Source of the DNA: an archaeon
Lineage (GTDB): Archaea > Iainarchaeota > Iainarchaeia > Iainarchaeales > JAAZKV01
Direction: 5' to 3'
Assembly (NCBI GenBank): GCA_038046585.1
Contig: JBBSVX010000013.1
Span: 6,942 to 70,941 of the forward strand
Length of the DNA: 64,000 bases
Of this stretch, positions 29,092 to 38,459 are shown piece by piece (position 1 is the first letter of the stretch; each line of letters opens with the position of its first letter). Made by a program: the position numbers and the translations under genes. The notes beneath the pieces are model-generated. The model ran no database searches. It was not told the origin of the DNA and saw nothing but the letters and a program-made list of their open reading frames with translations.

Positions 29092-29925
29092 TTACCTAAA
29101 GAGCGCCAAGTAGATTAGTATCGCCGCAAGAACCATGATTATTAGCAGTATGATTCTGCTGTCAAAGAAAGAAAAATCAATTTTTGCTTTGCTTAATAGT
29201 GAAGGTTTTTTCTCACGCACTTCTTCCTTTGAAGAGGGCCCTTCTTTTATCATTGCTTTTTTTACTGCGTCGCCTGTTTCAAGCAATACACCGGCTGAAT
29301 ACTCAAGCCACTTTTCGGGGCTCTTTAAATCACGAAGTGTTTCGCGGGTTATTTCAACAGCGCTCTTTTCGCGGAGTGGGATATTCTCCAGGCCGCCCAT
29401 ATCCTTGCTTAACGCATTGTAAGTTATTCCATACTCATCTTCTTCTTTTTTTTCTTTTTTTATTGTAACCTGAGTCACATAAAACGGCATGAATATTTTT
29501 TTAGGATTTGAGATAACAACATTTTCTTTAGGCACGCCGAAGAACTGAGCAGTCTTTAGTTTTATCACATCATCCTGCTCTTTTTTTTCTATATTGTTCC
29601 ACTTGACATCATAATCAGAATTAGGCGCTTCGCTGAGAGCTTTTTTTAGATTTGATTTTATGAGTTCGACATTGTCAGGATCGACTGTGATCTTGTGTCC
29701 GTTAATCGAGAGCAAGCCGTCAACAGAATGTTTGATTACTCTATGACCTGCTTTTTCTTCTTCTAAATAATAGTGATAGTTGAAGAAGAAATATGGCACG
29801 AGATTGAGCCTAAGGGGGGCTAATTTATAATCGTGCCAGTTCTTTTCATTGAGCGCTTCCCTTATCTCTTTCTCAGCTTCCGTGTGCGGGACAGCCACAG
29901 GCAACAAGGGATTGCCCAAGTACAA
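29092..29925 (-). CDS. Hypothetical protein with a C-terminal TM helix, co-oriented with sepF
   Basis: 277-aa ORF starting 6 nt after the sepF stop; hydrophobic C-terminus. Confidence 0.7.
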   Translation of the reverse strand: MYLGNPLLPVAVPHTEAEKEIREALNEKNWHDYKLAPLRLNLVPYFFFNYHYYLEEEKAGHRVIKHSVDGLLSINGHKITVDPDNVELIKSNLKKALSEAPNSDYDVKWNNIEKKEQDDVIKLKTAQFFGVPKENVVISNPKKIFMPFYVTQVTIKKEKKEEDEYGITYNALSKDMGGLENIPLREKSAVEITRETLRDLKSPEKWLEYSAGVLLETGDAVKKAMIKEGPSSKEEVREKKPSLLSKAKIDFSFFDSRIILLIIMVLAAILIYLALFR

Positions 29926-29931
29926 TGATAA

Positions 29932-30288
29932 TCACTGTCCTTTTTTCTTTATGATCTTAACCTTTGATGGTGTAACGAGGAGTCTATCAGCGCTTACGCC
30001 TGCTATGTCTCCGTCGATTGCCTTTACTTCGGCTTTGATCTTCATTACTAGCTCCTTAAGCTTAGCCTTGTTTCTCTTATTGAGATCGGCTATTCCTACC
30101 AAAACAAGATTGCCTTGCTTTGCTTCTCTAATTATAGCGTCAGCGTCAGCATCAACAACCAAGTCTATTGGCTTAACGAATGCGTCTGCGTTCTCGTAAG
30201 TGTCTTCTTGAACTTCATCAAGGTTGTTCAAAAACTCTTCCAAGTCAACGTTGTCCTTTTTTGCCATTACTTTATCAAAGAAACCCAA
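29932..30288 (-). CDS. sepF: Cell division protein SepF (archaeal type)
   Basis: IIREAKQGNLVLVGI...IDGDIAGVSADRLLVTPSKVKI. A TTG start after GGGGTGG gives the amphipathic MGFFDKVM N-terminus. Confidence 0.85.
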   Translation of the reverse strand: MGFFDKVMAKKDNVDLEEFLNNLDEVQEDTYENADAFVKPIDLVVDADADAIIREAKQGNLVLVGIADLNKRNKAKLKELVMKIKAEVKAIDGDIAGVSADRLLVTPSKVKIIKKKGQ

Positions 30289-30523
30289 ATTAACCACCCC
30301 GCACAAATTCGTGCTTATACTACACTTTCCTATACAAAACATATAAAAAGCCCATCTCTATATCCAAAAATAAGTTCGCTTTCCTAACACCATACCTATT
30401 AATTGTTTTCAATCCAAGTAGTAGTGGAAGAGAGTGGACGGAAGTAAGCCTGCCTATAATACTTATTAATGCATTGGAAGAGAAGCTGTTTAGAAGCACA
30501 AGAAAAAAAAGGATTTGGGAAAA

Positions 30524-32830
30524 ATGGAAAATATTTTCGAAACACAGATGAACAAAAACACGGTTTTTCTTAACAAGGACATTATCTCTTCGCATTATAC
30601 TCCTGAAAAGCTTCCTTTCAGGGAAAAACAAATCAATGATATTACTCAAGGATTAGGCGCTGTGACAAACAACGCAAAACCAAACAATCTTTTTGTTTAT
30701 GGAAAGACCGGCTGCATCGCAGGAGACAGTCTTGTTTATACGAGCAATGGGTGGAAGAAAATAAAAAATGTCGACGCTTTGAGCGATCTTGTTTTAACTT
30801 TCAATAAGGAAACAAAAAGATATGAATGGTCCGAATTTGTATTCCTAAAGTTTGAGAACAAAGATCCCCTCCTCAAAGTTACCCTTCAAAACGGATATGA
30901 GCTCGTTGTCACCAAAGACCATCCCTTGCTTAAGTCAACAATGGAATGGTGCAAAGCAAACGAACTGCTGGCCGGAGATGAACTAGCTCTTGCGCACAAC
31001 TTGCCGTCGCTAAACGAACATGAGATGCCTCTCGCTTTGGCACGATTGCTAGGATTCACACTTAGCGATGGAAGCCTGAACAGAAGACAAAGAAGAACAA
31101 AAGACGGCAGAGGAAATTATTACAATTCCGACAGACAAAGATTTCGGTATTTTAGCATAGACAATGCCCTATTAAGCAAGGTACAGTCAGATGTCAGAAA
31201 TCTGTTCGGGGGAACACCTTCAATAATCTACCCAAAAGACAGGTGTTCACACGTCAACATCATCTCGCAGGAAGTCTGTCAGGTATTAAACTCATTAGGG
31301 GTACCATTCGGAGAGAAGAGTGGAATCATCGAAGTACCGGAGTCAGTGCTTGAGGCGTCCCCTCAAATACAAAAAGAATTTTTAAAGGCGCTTTTCTCCG
31401 GAGACGGCACAGTCAGTCAGCAAACATACCAAATAGAGTACTACTCAAATTCCAGAAAGTTTCTGCAACAAGTGGCGTGCCTGCTTTACCAAGAAGGAAT
31501 TGAATGCAAGGTAAAGTATAAGCCCGCCAAATTGAACGGTGTGACATATGATGCACACAGACTTTACATACAAGGCCAAGGAAACATAATGAAATACTAT
31601 TATAAGATAGGATTCTACAGCATTGCAAAACAGGAGAAGCTTGAAAAAATGATTGCAAAATATGTGAAGAATATGCCAGTAAACGAAAAAGGCTATGCTC
31701 TTTCACCAATAGCAAAGATTGAAGAAACATTTGAAGAATTTGTTTACGACCTCACTGTCCCAAAGAATCACAGCTTTATCGCTAATGGAATAATTTCCCA
31801 CAACACTGGAAAAACTAGTACTGTGAAGCATGTTCTTGAGCAGCTCGGAGAATTTGTAAAAAAAAGAGAGCTTTCAGTAGGCTCGGCTTACATTAACTGC
31901 AGAAGCCACTCCTCGAAATACAAAGTCTTATTGAAAGCAATAAGAGGGTTCTACCCTGAAAAAGATTTCTTGGGTTACAGCGCTTCTTTTGTTTATGAAA
32001 AACTCTTAGAATATGCGATTGAAAAGAAAGCGCACCTCATCCTAGTGCTTGATGAGATAGATAAGGTAAAGGATATTGATGATTTGGTTTACTCGCTTAG
32101 CAGGGGAAATGACGAACTCCACGGAGCAGGATCTGTTACTCTAATTGGAATCTCAAACAACCTTACTTTCAAAGAAAAGCTTGATCCTAGAACCAAGAGT
32201 TCTCTTTGCGAACGCGAAATGGTTTTTGATCCTTATAATGCGAACGAACTAAAAGAAATCTTGCACGAAAGGTGCGCCGTTGCTTTCAAAGAGAAAGCTG
32301 TTTCCGATAGCGCAATAGCGCTCGCCGCTGCTATTGCAGCACAGGAATCTGGCGACGCAAGAACCGCAGTAATGTTAATGCAGCGCGCGGGAGAAATAGC
32401 GGACAGTGAAGAAGTTACTATTGTAAGCGACAAGCATGTGGAAAAGGCAAAAGCAAGCGTTGAAGAGGAAATAATAATTTCAATGATATCAACTCTTCCC
32501 CAACAACAACAAATGGTGCTCTACGCAATTTCACAACTCACCACACAAAAGAAGGGTCTACGAAAAGTTAATGGAGAAATCGAAGAAGGAGTTCTTTACT
32601 CCGGAGAAATATTTGAATCTTATTTGGAACTTGCAAAGAAATTCGGCGAGCACACAATTACAAGCAGGTGGTATAGGCAATACATTAACGAGCTTGAAAT
32701 GTACGGACTCATATTTGTAACTAGTTCCGGAAAAGGAATCAAGGGACAAACAAGACTAATTAAACTCGGGTTTGATGCGATGAAGATAAAATCGGCGCTT
32801 GAGAAAGAACTTTTTAAGCAGATGAACTAG
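30524..32830 (+). CDS. cdc6: Cdc6/Orc1 replication initiator containing an intein
   Basis: YTPEKLPFREKQI, Walker A GKTG|TGKT restored after intein removal, LVLDEID Walker B, GDAR sensor, C-terminal winged helix. Confidence 0.93.
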   Translation: MENIFETQMNKNTVFLNKDIISSHYTPEKLPFREKQINDITQGLGAVTNNAKPNNLFVYGKTGCIAGDSLVYTSNGWKKIKNVDALSDLVLTFNKETKRYEWSEFVFLKFENKDPLLKVTLQNGYELVVTKDHPLLKSTMEWCKANELLAGDELALAHNLPSLNEHEMPLALARLLGFTLSDGSLNRRQRRTKDGRGNYYNSDRQRFRYFSIDNALLSKVQSDVRNLFGGTPSIIYPKDRCSHVNIISQEVCQVLNSLGVPFGEKSGIIEVPESVLEASPQIQKEFLKALFSGDGTVSQQTYQIEYYSNSRKFLQQVACLLYQEGIECKVKYKPAKLNGVTYDAHRLYIQGQGNIMKYYYKIGFYSIAKQEKLEKMIAKYVKNMPVNEKGYALSPIAKIEETFEEFVYDLTVPKNHSFIANGIISHNTGKTSTVKHVLEQLGEFVKKRELSVGSAYINCRSHSSKYKVLLKAIRGFYPEKDFLGYSASFVYEKLLEYAIEKKAHLILVLDEIDKVKDIDDLVYSLSRGNDELHGAGSVTLIGISNNLTFKEKLDPRTKSSLCEREMVFDPYNANELKEILHERCAVAFKEKAVSDSAIALAAAIAAQESGDARTAVMLMQRAGEIADSEEVTIVSDKHVEKAKASVEEEIIISMISTLPQQQQMVLYAISQLTTQKKGLRKVNGEIEEGVLYSGEIFESYLELAKKFGEHTITSRWYRQYINELEMYGLIFVTSSGKGIKGQTRLIKLGFDAMKIKSALEKELFKQMN
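30713..31804 (+). mobile_element. 364-aa intein with LAGLIDADG homing endonuclease
   Basis: Starts CIAGDSLV, block B VTKDHPLL, endonuclease blocks LLGFTLSDGS and FLKALFSGDGTV, ends VYDLTV...FIANGIISHN followed by Thr. Confidence 0.95.
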
Positions 32831-32880
32831 AAAAATCGCATTCGAAAAAGGCTTAATAACAAAAAAAGCGTTGTTTACTC

Positions 32881-34539
32881 ATGCATTTGAGAAAGAAAAA
32901 TGCGCAAGGCACAATAGAATATCTTGTGATAATTGCGGTAGTGGTGGTCATAGGACTTATTGTCGTATCCATGCTAGCAAATTTTACTGGCCAAGGTTCG
33001 CAGATAACATCCGACAGCGTAAAAATCGGTTCCGCTTCGGCACCAATAAGCGTGACAAACTCGGCAGTTGACATCAGCGGAAACGGACTCCTAACAATAG
33101 GCAACAATACTGGGGAAAATGTGACCATAACAAAAGTCAAGACGGGGGACCTAGAGACTTCTTTCAACCAAACAATTCCTTCAGGAAGCCAGGATACATT
33201 CTCGCTTAGCAATCTCGGCCTCAACTGCGCCTGCGAATCGACAACAGCCGCCTCAAAAGAATGCGAATTCACCATATACACCACATCGCAATACGGAATT
33301 GTGAAGAGCGAAACAATCAAGGTAATCATTGATTGCGTGCAGAGCGCAAAAGCGAGTGATTCAAGAAGCCCGGTAGTGCTTGCAGTGCTTCCAGACATCA
33401 ATACTTGCGCGGGCTTCGGATTCACCGACGGAACGATAAGTTGTCTCACAAGAAACGGACCTGAGTGCACATCTTATGACGTGAATAATTGCTACAATGA
33501 TGGAAATATAAATGAAATTTACGACCCAAGCCTGAATGGCACTGATTATGTGATAGCCAATGATTGCTTCCAAGTGCCTACAAAGTTCTGTTCGGGTGGG
33601 GCAAGCAGCTGCGTTGGAAAAACCATTTCCATACTCTCAGGGCCCTTTCAGGGAAGTTATTCCATAAGCGAATCACTGAAATACACCAGCACATCAGGCC
33701 ACCCCGCGGGCTCCGATTATTATGACACTTACTCAGGCTACCCCGCATATTATTTTAGCGCTGATTCGCTTGATATGACTCCTAATTACTTAAGCACTAA
33801 CTGGCCCTACAAGCTTTACGGGCCAAACACCGGGGTCCCACGACCTGTTTGTGGAAACGGAGTAAGAGACGGAAACGAAGAATGTGACGGCTCTGATTTT
33901 GCATTTAATACCTGCACAATGATGGGAAAAGGATATGTTGGAGGAACGCTCGCATGCAGTTCGGAGTGCACATATAATCACGCAAGCGACAGCAATAATG
34001 TATACTGCATACCCCCTCTGACAAATTGCACTCCAAGCAATCCTTGCGAAATATTGTCCTGCGAACATCTGGCTCACATAGGCGACAGCGGCACGAGCAT
34101 GACTGGAAGCTATTACTTAAACAGAGACATTGATTGTAACAAGGGCGGCGGAAATATTGGCGCGTATGATGGTTTTGAATTTACAAGAAGATTCACAGGC
34201 ACTCTCGACGGGCGCAATCATACCATATACAACCTATTTCTGCAAAGCAGCGTGCTAGGCACAATATGGTGGACGGACATGCGCATGGGCTTATTCAGGT
34301 ACGTCGATACGGGAGGACTTGTGAAAGATTTGAATCTCGTAGACTCGAACGTCAACGGGTCCAGCAGGGTCGGATCTGTCTCCGGCGAATTTAGAGGCAC
34401 TCTCAATAACGTCCATGTTACGGGGCGCGTCTACGGCTACAGCTCGAGCTATTCTGTAGGGGGACTTGTGGGCAGGGACAACGGCGGAACTTTCATCAAT
34501 TCAACTTTCACAGGCCCCATAGAGTATTATACTTCATGA
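32881..34539 (+). CDS. Class III signal (pilin-like) protein with Cys-rich repeats and a GLUG-like beta-helix C-terminus
   Basis: KNA|QGTIEYL plus hydrophobic helix, CGNGVRDGNEECDG, FTGTLDGRNHTIYNL...VGGLVG. Confidence 0.8.
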   Translation: MHLRKKNAQGTIEYLVIIAVVVVIGLIVVSMLANFTGQGSQITSDSVKIGSASAPISVTNSAVDISGNGLLTIGNNTGENVTITKVKTGDLETSFNQTIPSGSQDTFSLSNLGLNCACESTTAASKECEFTIYTTSQYGIVKSETIKVIIDCVQSAKASDSRSPVVLAVLPDINTCAGFGFTDGTISCLTRNGPECTSYDVNNCYNDGNINEIYDPSLNGTDYVIANDCFQVPTKFCSGGASSCVGKTISILSGPFQGSYSISESLKYTSTSGHPAGSDYYDTYSGYPAYYFSADSLDMTPNYLSTNWPYKLYGPNTGVPRPVCGNGVRDGNEECDGSDFAFNTCTMMGKGYVGGTLACSSECTYNHASDSNNVYCIPPLTNCTPSNPCEILSCEHLAHIGDSGTSMTGSYYLNRDIDCNKGGGNIGAYDGFEFTRRFTGTLDGRNHTIYNLFLQSSVLGTIWWTDMRMGLFRYVDTGGLVKDLNLVDSNVNGSSRVGSVSGEFRGTLNNVHVTGRVYGYSSSYSVGGLVGRDNGGTFINSTFTGPIEYYTS

Positions 34540-34714
34540 CAAATTAATTTGATAAAGGAAATTCAGATGAACCTTAGGCACTCAGCCCGAAAACTATTTG
34601 GAAAAGCCCACAACATAAAGCTAAAGCCATATTTTCTTGAAGAACGCCATCTTGGTAGTGGAAAATCCGGAAATGTAAATGAGGAACGGCTTCTTCTTAC
34701 TTGGAAAGGAAAAA

Positions 34715-34993
34715 CTATTTCTTGTAAATTCTTTTTTGCCAAACTTCCTTAAAATAAGGAAGCGAAAGGGTAGATAGCACAAATGCAGCGGAAGGCACAA
34801 GCGCATTAACAAACGGACTAGGCAAACCAGCTGCAAAAAAGAAGAGCACAACTACAAAGTAAGTAAGCACAGCTATTGCAACTTTGCGTGTCTTGCTCGT
34901 TTCCCACGCCTTGTCCATTTCCACGCGCGCGTTTCTTTCCTTTATTGAAACTATTTCTTTTTTCACGTTCATCTTCTTGGCCATATTCATCAC
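34715..34993 (-). CDS. Small membrane protein
   Basis: IKERNARVEMDKAWETS followed by two hydrophobic helices. GGGTGA SD. Confidence 0.75.
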   Translation of the reverse strand: MMNMAKKMNVKKEIVSIKERNARVEMDKAWETSKTRKVAIAVLTYFVVVLFFFAAGLPSPFVNALVPSAAFVLSTLSLPYFKEVWQKRIYKK

Positions 34994-35003
34994 CCATTAA
35001 ATG

Positions 35004-38000
35004 TCATGCAAAGTCAAACAAACTCTGCTGTTTCACGCTGTCGCTTTTGAACACCGAGTTTATTTCTTTCTCTATCATGTCAAGGCGCTGTATAAGATAT
35101 GGCGACAAGTTCTCTTGTCTTGCCATGTTCTGAGCAATCTTTAAGTATTTTCGAACGGATCCTTCGTGTATTGTAAGGATGATGGAATTCTTTCCGCACT
35201 TATAGCATTTGCCTGAAATTGGTATTCGCCTGTATTTTTCGTTGCAAGTAGTGCACCTAAATGTCTGGCGCGAAAACGCGCGCGCATTTCCAATTATGTC
35301 GGGCAAAAAGTGGGAGCCCATTACTTTCTCAAGCGCATCTTTGGCATCAACAGCCATTATTTTTTTCTGTAAAGCGTTTTGGCGCTGGATCTTTTCTTCC
35401 ATGGATTTTAATTGGACATATCTTGTGGTCTTTGGGCCTTCGTCAAACAAATCTGTGTCATGGGTGAAACCCATTCCGGTATATTGAGAAGGTTTTCCAA
35501 GGGTGTCTTTCACAAGAATTATCCCATCTACTGATGGTTCGCAAACGTTCGCAGATTTTTCGTAGAGCTCTAGAGGATATTCCCAATTGATTTCCATCTT
35601 GTGCACTTCGTCATCAACCTCTATCGGATTCACAACGAGAGTGAATACAAGGGGGGCATCCATTCTGCCGCCGCTCCTATTAGCCAAATACTTGTGGGAA
35701 AAATTAAGGAGGCCGTCCATTAGTAGCATTACCGAATCCTGATCTCCATCAACGTTTCTTCTTTTTGCGCAAATAAAATAAGGGTGACCAAACCCCAAAC
35801 GAGATTTTGTGTAACCTAGTATTCTTGAGGATACTGCAGCTGAAGTGTGAGGAGCAAGGCCGAGCACGAGTTCGCCTATTAGATCCTCTTTTTTTGAGAC
35901 GTTGTAGAAGCGCGGTTCTTTGTAATATTTTTCCAATAAATCGTCAACAAATTTACTTACTCTTACAAGCCAATCTCCGCATCCGTCGTTTACGATTATA
36001 TCCTGAACAAAAATCTCTATTATTTGGTCGTCGCGGGTGATATCTTCGCCGTGAATGTCTTTCTTGTATCCAAGCGATTTTACTTTTTCAACAGTGATCC
36101 CAATTTCTTTGGGTTTGAAGTGGGTGATTGTAGCATTGAGCAGTTCAAACCTGGAAGTGCCGTCTCTGAATATGTGGATGTCGTGCTTTGCGCGGAGGAA
36201 TCCTTTTTCTATCGGCTCGGCTTCTTTTGCGTCCGATATCAATCCTTTCACTCCTTTGATAATATCTGGAGTGGATTCTATTATGTTTGATTTTGCTTCA
36301 TCAAGCATTTGCTTAATATCTATCTCAAATGTCCCTGATTCGCGGGTTTTGTTTCCACAGGAACTGCATTTTTCTCCGACAACGCTTTTTTTGCAGTGAT
36401 CGCAATATTTGAGCCGCACTGATCTTGTATTGCAAGTGCGGCAATAACTTGTAAAGAGATATTTTTTGCAAGTTGTACAATAATACTGCGCGATTTCCAC
36501 AGATATTTTTCCGGTTTCGTTGTTGCTTGGGTCAGCCGCCTTGTTTATGCTTCTCATTGGGCCTCCGCGCAAACCCAAAGGAAATAATACATGCGGATTG
36601 CCTATCATTTGTCTTGGCTTTGCCTGTTCTGGTCTGCCCATTCTTCCACCGATAAAGGACCCGGCTTTGTCACGTATCAATAAACCTGAAAGTTCGGTGA
36701 GGTTTTCTAAAATATTTTCCTTATCACTCTTAATCTCTTTTTCTTTTCCAAGGGCGAAGGTTTCGGAGAAACTCAATGCAAAATCCTCTATCACAATCTT
36801 ATTGTCCAACAATTTGTGTGGAACCCCCATTCTTTCGAACATGTGTTTTATCTCATGCTTATTTTCAAGACTGATTTTTTTTACAACCCCCGCTTCTTTT
36901 TCAAGCAGCGCTGAGTTTAGTGCAATTTTTAGTTCACTAAATTCCTTCACATTAATTGCTTTATAAAAATGAATATAACTCGGGTGAAGCGGAACCCCAA
37001 TTTCCCTTGAAATAACAATCGCTTGCGCTTCGCCAACTTTTCTAGGTTCTTTTAGGGCGAAGTCCAACCCCAAATCAGAGAGCTTTTTCTTTTTTGTTTC
37101 ATCAAGAGAAATCGCTTTTTTAAGTTCAAGTACCCACCACTCTTCATTGTATCCAGCAGGTATGAGAGGATGCGCAGTTTTTTTGAAATCTCCGTAAGGG
37201 ATTAACAGGTCCCCTAAATAAATTATTTTGTCGAGCATCGCCTTGACTTCTTCCGCTCTTGCCATCGTGTTTATTCTTTCAACAGAGCCGTCTTTCATTA
37301 AGATTATGGGCCCATCAATAGTAGTGCAAGGAAAAAATTGCGTTGCTTTTCCCGGTCGTTCTATTCTTCCGTGGGTTCCAACCGCCAAAAATTCGTCAGT
37401 GAGAATCATTGTTGCGGGGCTAATCGCTTTTGCCATTATCCCTGTATTTCTTGCTCTCCCGTATCTTACTCTAAACCCACCCCACTGGCTCGGGTAAGCA
37501 AAGATTGGTCTCCCTGCGGCGAGTCTTTCAAGATAACTCTTATTTGGCTTTACTTCGATTTTTGTCTGGGTTTTTTCTACTTTGACAATTTTTTCCAAAA
37601 AATTCCAATCAAGGCCCAGTTCTTTCGCAGTTTCCATTACCCATAAGGCTTTGAGAGCTAATCCTTCTGCGACAACAAGCCCCATTCCGCCCCTGATTCT
37701 GTTTGTTGGAATTCGCGGAAGATCCCTATGCGCCGCCACTTCAAGCTCTTCGGTTGGAACACCGTTAATGCAAACTGGGCAATTATTTATGATGATTCTT
37801 ATCTCATCGTCTTTCATTGTGTATTGTCTTGAGATTACTTCTGTTTGGTAAAGCCCGATTTCTTCTACGTATCTTTCCACTTCGTCTTGTGTCGGCTTGT
37901 AACGATCAATGCCCAAAAATTTTCTCGCATAATCCGCAAGGATTAGCGGTATTACTGTTGATGATCCGCCTGCTGCCCTAATTGGGCCTGCAAAGTATAT

Positions 38001-38459
38001 GTCAATGTAACGGCTTCCGTCAGGGTTTTTGTTTATCTCAACTTTTGGTACTCCGTCAAGTGGTGCTACAACAACTCCTTCAGTTTCAATCAAAAGGCAT
38101 GTCTTGATTGCGGTTTCCACTCTTTTTTGTTCATCTGGGATTTTCCAGTCGCGCTGTTCAAGCATTTCTTTGAACAATTGGAAGTATGCTTTTCTCCTGT
38201 TTTTTTGATCAACAGTTATTTCACGAAATCTTTTTGCGAGTCCCGCAAGACCTATGATGGTTTCTGCTCTGTCTGCTAAGTCGAGCGCCGGCATTATTTC
38301 GACTTCGTCAGAAGTGTCAAATCCTTTTATTTTCGCTTTTTGTGCTGCGAGAAAAGCCGTTCTTGCTTTTGACTGCATGTGAACAAAATAATCTTTCACA
38401 TATGGTTCGCAGGGGAGAGTGATTTCTTTTGTTAATAGTTCGATTGCTTTTTCACTCAT
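35004..38459 (-). CDS. polC: DNA polymerase D large subunit DP2
   Basis: EGVVVAP, YFAGPIRAAGG, GGFRVRYGRARNTG, RMGRPE, KRRNVDGDQD catalytic motif, Zn fingers. Confidence 0.96.
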   Translation of the reverse strand: MSEKAIELLTKEITLPCEPYVKDYFVHMQSKARTAFLAAQKAKIKGFDTSDEVEIMPALDLADRAETIIGLAGLAKRFREITVDQKNRRKAYFQLFKEMLEQRDWKIPDEQKRVETAIKTCLLIETEGVVVAPLDGVPKVEINKNPDGSRYIDIYFAGPIRAAGGSSTVIPLILADYARKFLGIDRYKPTQDEVERYVEEIGLYQTEVISRQYTMKDDEIRIIINNCPVCINGVPTEELEVAAHRDLPRIPTNRIRGGMGLVVAEGLALKALWVMETAKELGLDWNFLEKIVKVEKTQTKIEVKPNKSYLERLAAGRPIFAYPSQWGGFRVRYGRARNTGIMAKAISPATMILTDEFLAVGTHGRIERPGKATQFFPCTTIDGPIILMKDGSVERINTMARAEEVKAMLDKIIYLGDLLIPYGDFKKTAHPLIPAGYNEEWWVLELKKAISLDETKKKKLSDLGLDFALKEPRKVGEAQAIVISREIGVPLHPSYIHFYKAINVKEFSELKIALNSALLEKEAGVVKKISLENKHEIKHMFERMGVPHKLLDNKIVIEDFALSFSETFALGKEKEIKSDKENILENLTELSGLLIRDKAGSFIGGRMGRPEQAKPRQMIGNPHVLFPLGLRGGPMRSINKAADPSNNETGKISVEIAQYYCTTCKKYLFTSYCRTCNTRSVRLKYCDHCKKSVVGEKCSSCGNKTRESGTFEIDIKQMLDEAKSNIIESTPDIIKGVKGLISDAKEAEPIEKGFLRAKHDIHIFRDGTSRFELLNATITHFKPKEIGITVEKVKSLGYKKDIHGEDITRDDQIIEIFVQDIIVNDGCGDWLVRVSKFVDDLLEKYYKEPRFYNVSKKEDLIGELVLGLAPHTSAAVSSRILGYTKSRLGFGHPYFICAKRRNVDGDQDSVMLLMDGLLNFSHKYLANRSGGRMDAPLVFTLVVNPIEVDDEVHKMEINWEYPLELYEKSANVCEPSVDGIILVKDTLGKPSQYTGMGFTHDTDLFDEGPKTTRYVQLKSMEEKIQRQNALQKKIMAVDAKDALEKVMGSHFLPDIIGNARAFSRQTFRCTTCNEKYRRIPISGKCYKCGKNSIILTIHEGSVRKYLKIAQNMARQENLSPYLIQRLDMIEKEINSVFKSDSVKQQSLFDFA

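Noticed and set aside
35740..35780. Possible intein in PolD DP2 at the RRN|xDGD site
   Set aside because: The sequence is continuous (KRRNVDGDQD), protein length is normal, and the +1 residue is Val rather than a nucleophile.
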